Shown one piece after another: positions 63,870 to 64,000 of a stretch of 64,000 nucleotides of DNA. Both the position numbers and the translations under genes were made by a program. Position 1 is the stretch's first letter; each line of letters begins with the position of its first letter. This DNA is from Octopus bimaculoides (taxonomy: Eukaryota): assembly GCF_001194135.2 (NCBI RefSeq), contig NC_068982.1, positions 77,025,573-77,089,572 on the forward strand. Direction: 5' to 3'. Under the pieces are notes generated by a model. That model did no database searches. It was not told the DNA's origin and saw only the letters and a program-made list of their open reading frames with translations.

Positions 63870-63930
63870 AGCCACTGATGAGCATTAAGGGGCATAAGCA
63901 TTAAAATGCAAAATCATTGATGATCTGGCT
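63870..63930 (+). ncRNA. Type I hammerhead ribozyme relic (G12 to A)
   Basis: AGCCA-CTGATGA-GCATT(18-nt loop)AATGC-aAAA-TCA-TTGA-TGAT-C|TGGCT. Stem I 5 bp, stem II 5 bp and stem III 4 bp are all Watson-Crick; AUC triplet. Position 63910 is A instead of the catalytic G12. Confidence 0.6.
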
Positions 63931-64000
63931 ATATCTGCTGCTGTAGAGAGCTTGCCTCCATTGTCAGTCATTAAGATAATGCTTGCCATGGCTATTGAGT

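Noticed and set aside
1-64000. CRISPR arrays, rRNA, operons or other prokaryotic systems
   Set aside because: None seen; the sequence is eukaryotic with spliceosomal signals and interspersed repeats.

Overview
AT-rich, gap-containing animal genomic DNA (7 N-gaps, many microsatellites). It is almost entirely intronic or intergenic and saturated with SINEs, LINE relics and DNA-transposon relics. The repeat landscape looks like a coleoid cephalopod, probably Octopus (inference, not verifiable here). The only securely identified protein-coding sequence is a 167-nt internal exon of MOB1 (Hippo pathway, + strand, 60485-60651), which retains the T12 and T35 phosphosite equivalents. The gene continues beyond the window. 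The canonical MSFLF first exon was not found, but there is a phase-compatible candidate first exon about 30.6 kb upstream (29802-29848) and a candidate symmetric 18-nt microexon (28305-28322). Mobile DNA includes a full-length dead mariner with TIRs, a hAT derivative whose empty site survives in a neighbouring duplicate, a hAT MITE with a perfect TSD, relics of L1/Tx1, RTE, CR1-group, Rex1-like and RLE-type LINEs, two foldback elements, and several SINE families. The most unexpected signal is type I hammerhead-ribozyme folds that no ORF track shows. One has an intact catalytic core inside an inverted, Penelope-pLTR-like repeat (24448-24486). A second has all three stems but a G12-to-A change and lies sense in the MOB1 intron (63870-63930). 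Nearly all ORFs in the supplied track are spurious. Repeat boundaries were read by eye and are approximate unless TIR or TSD coordinates are given.
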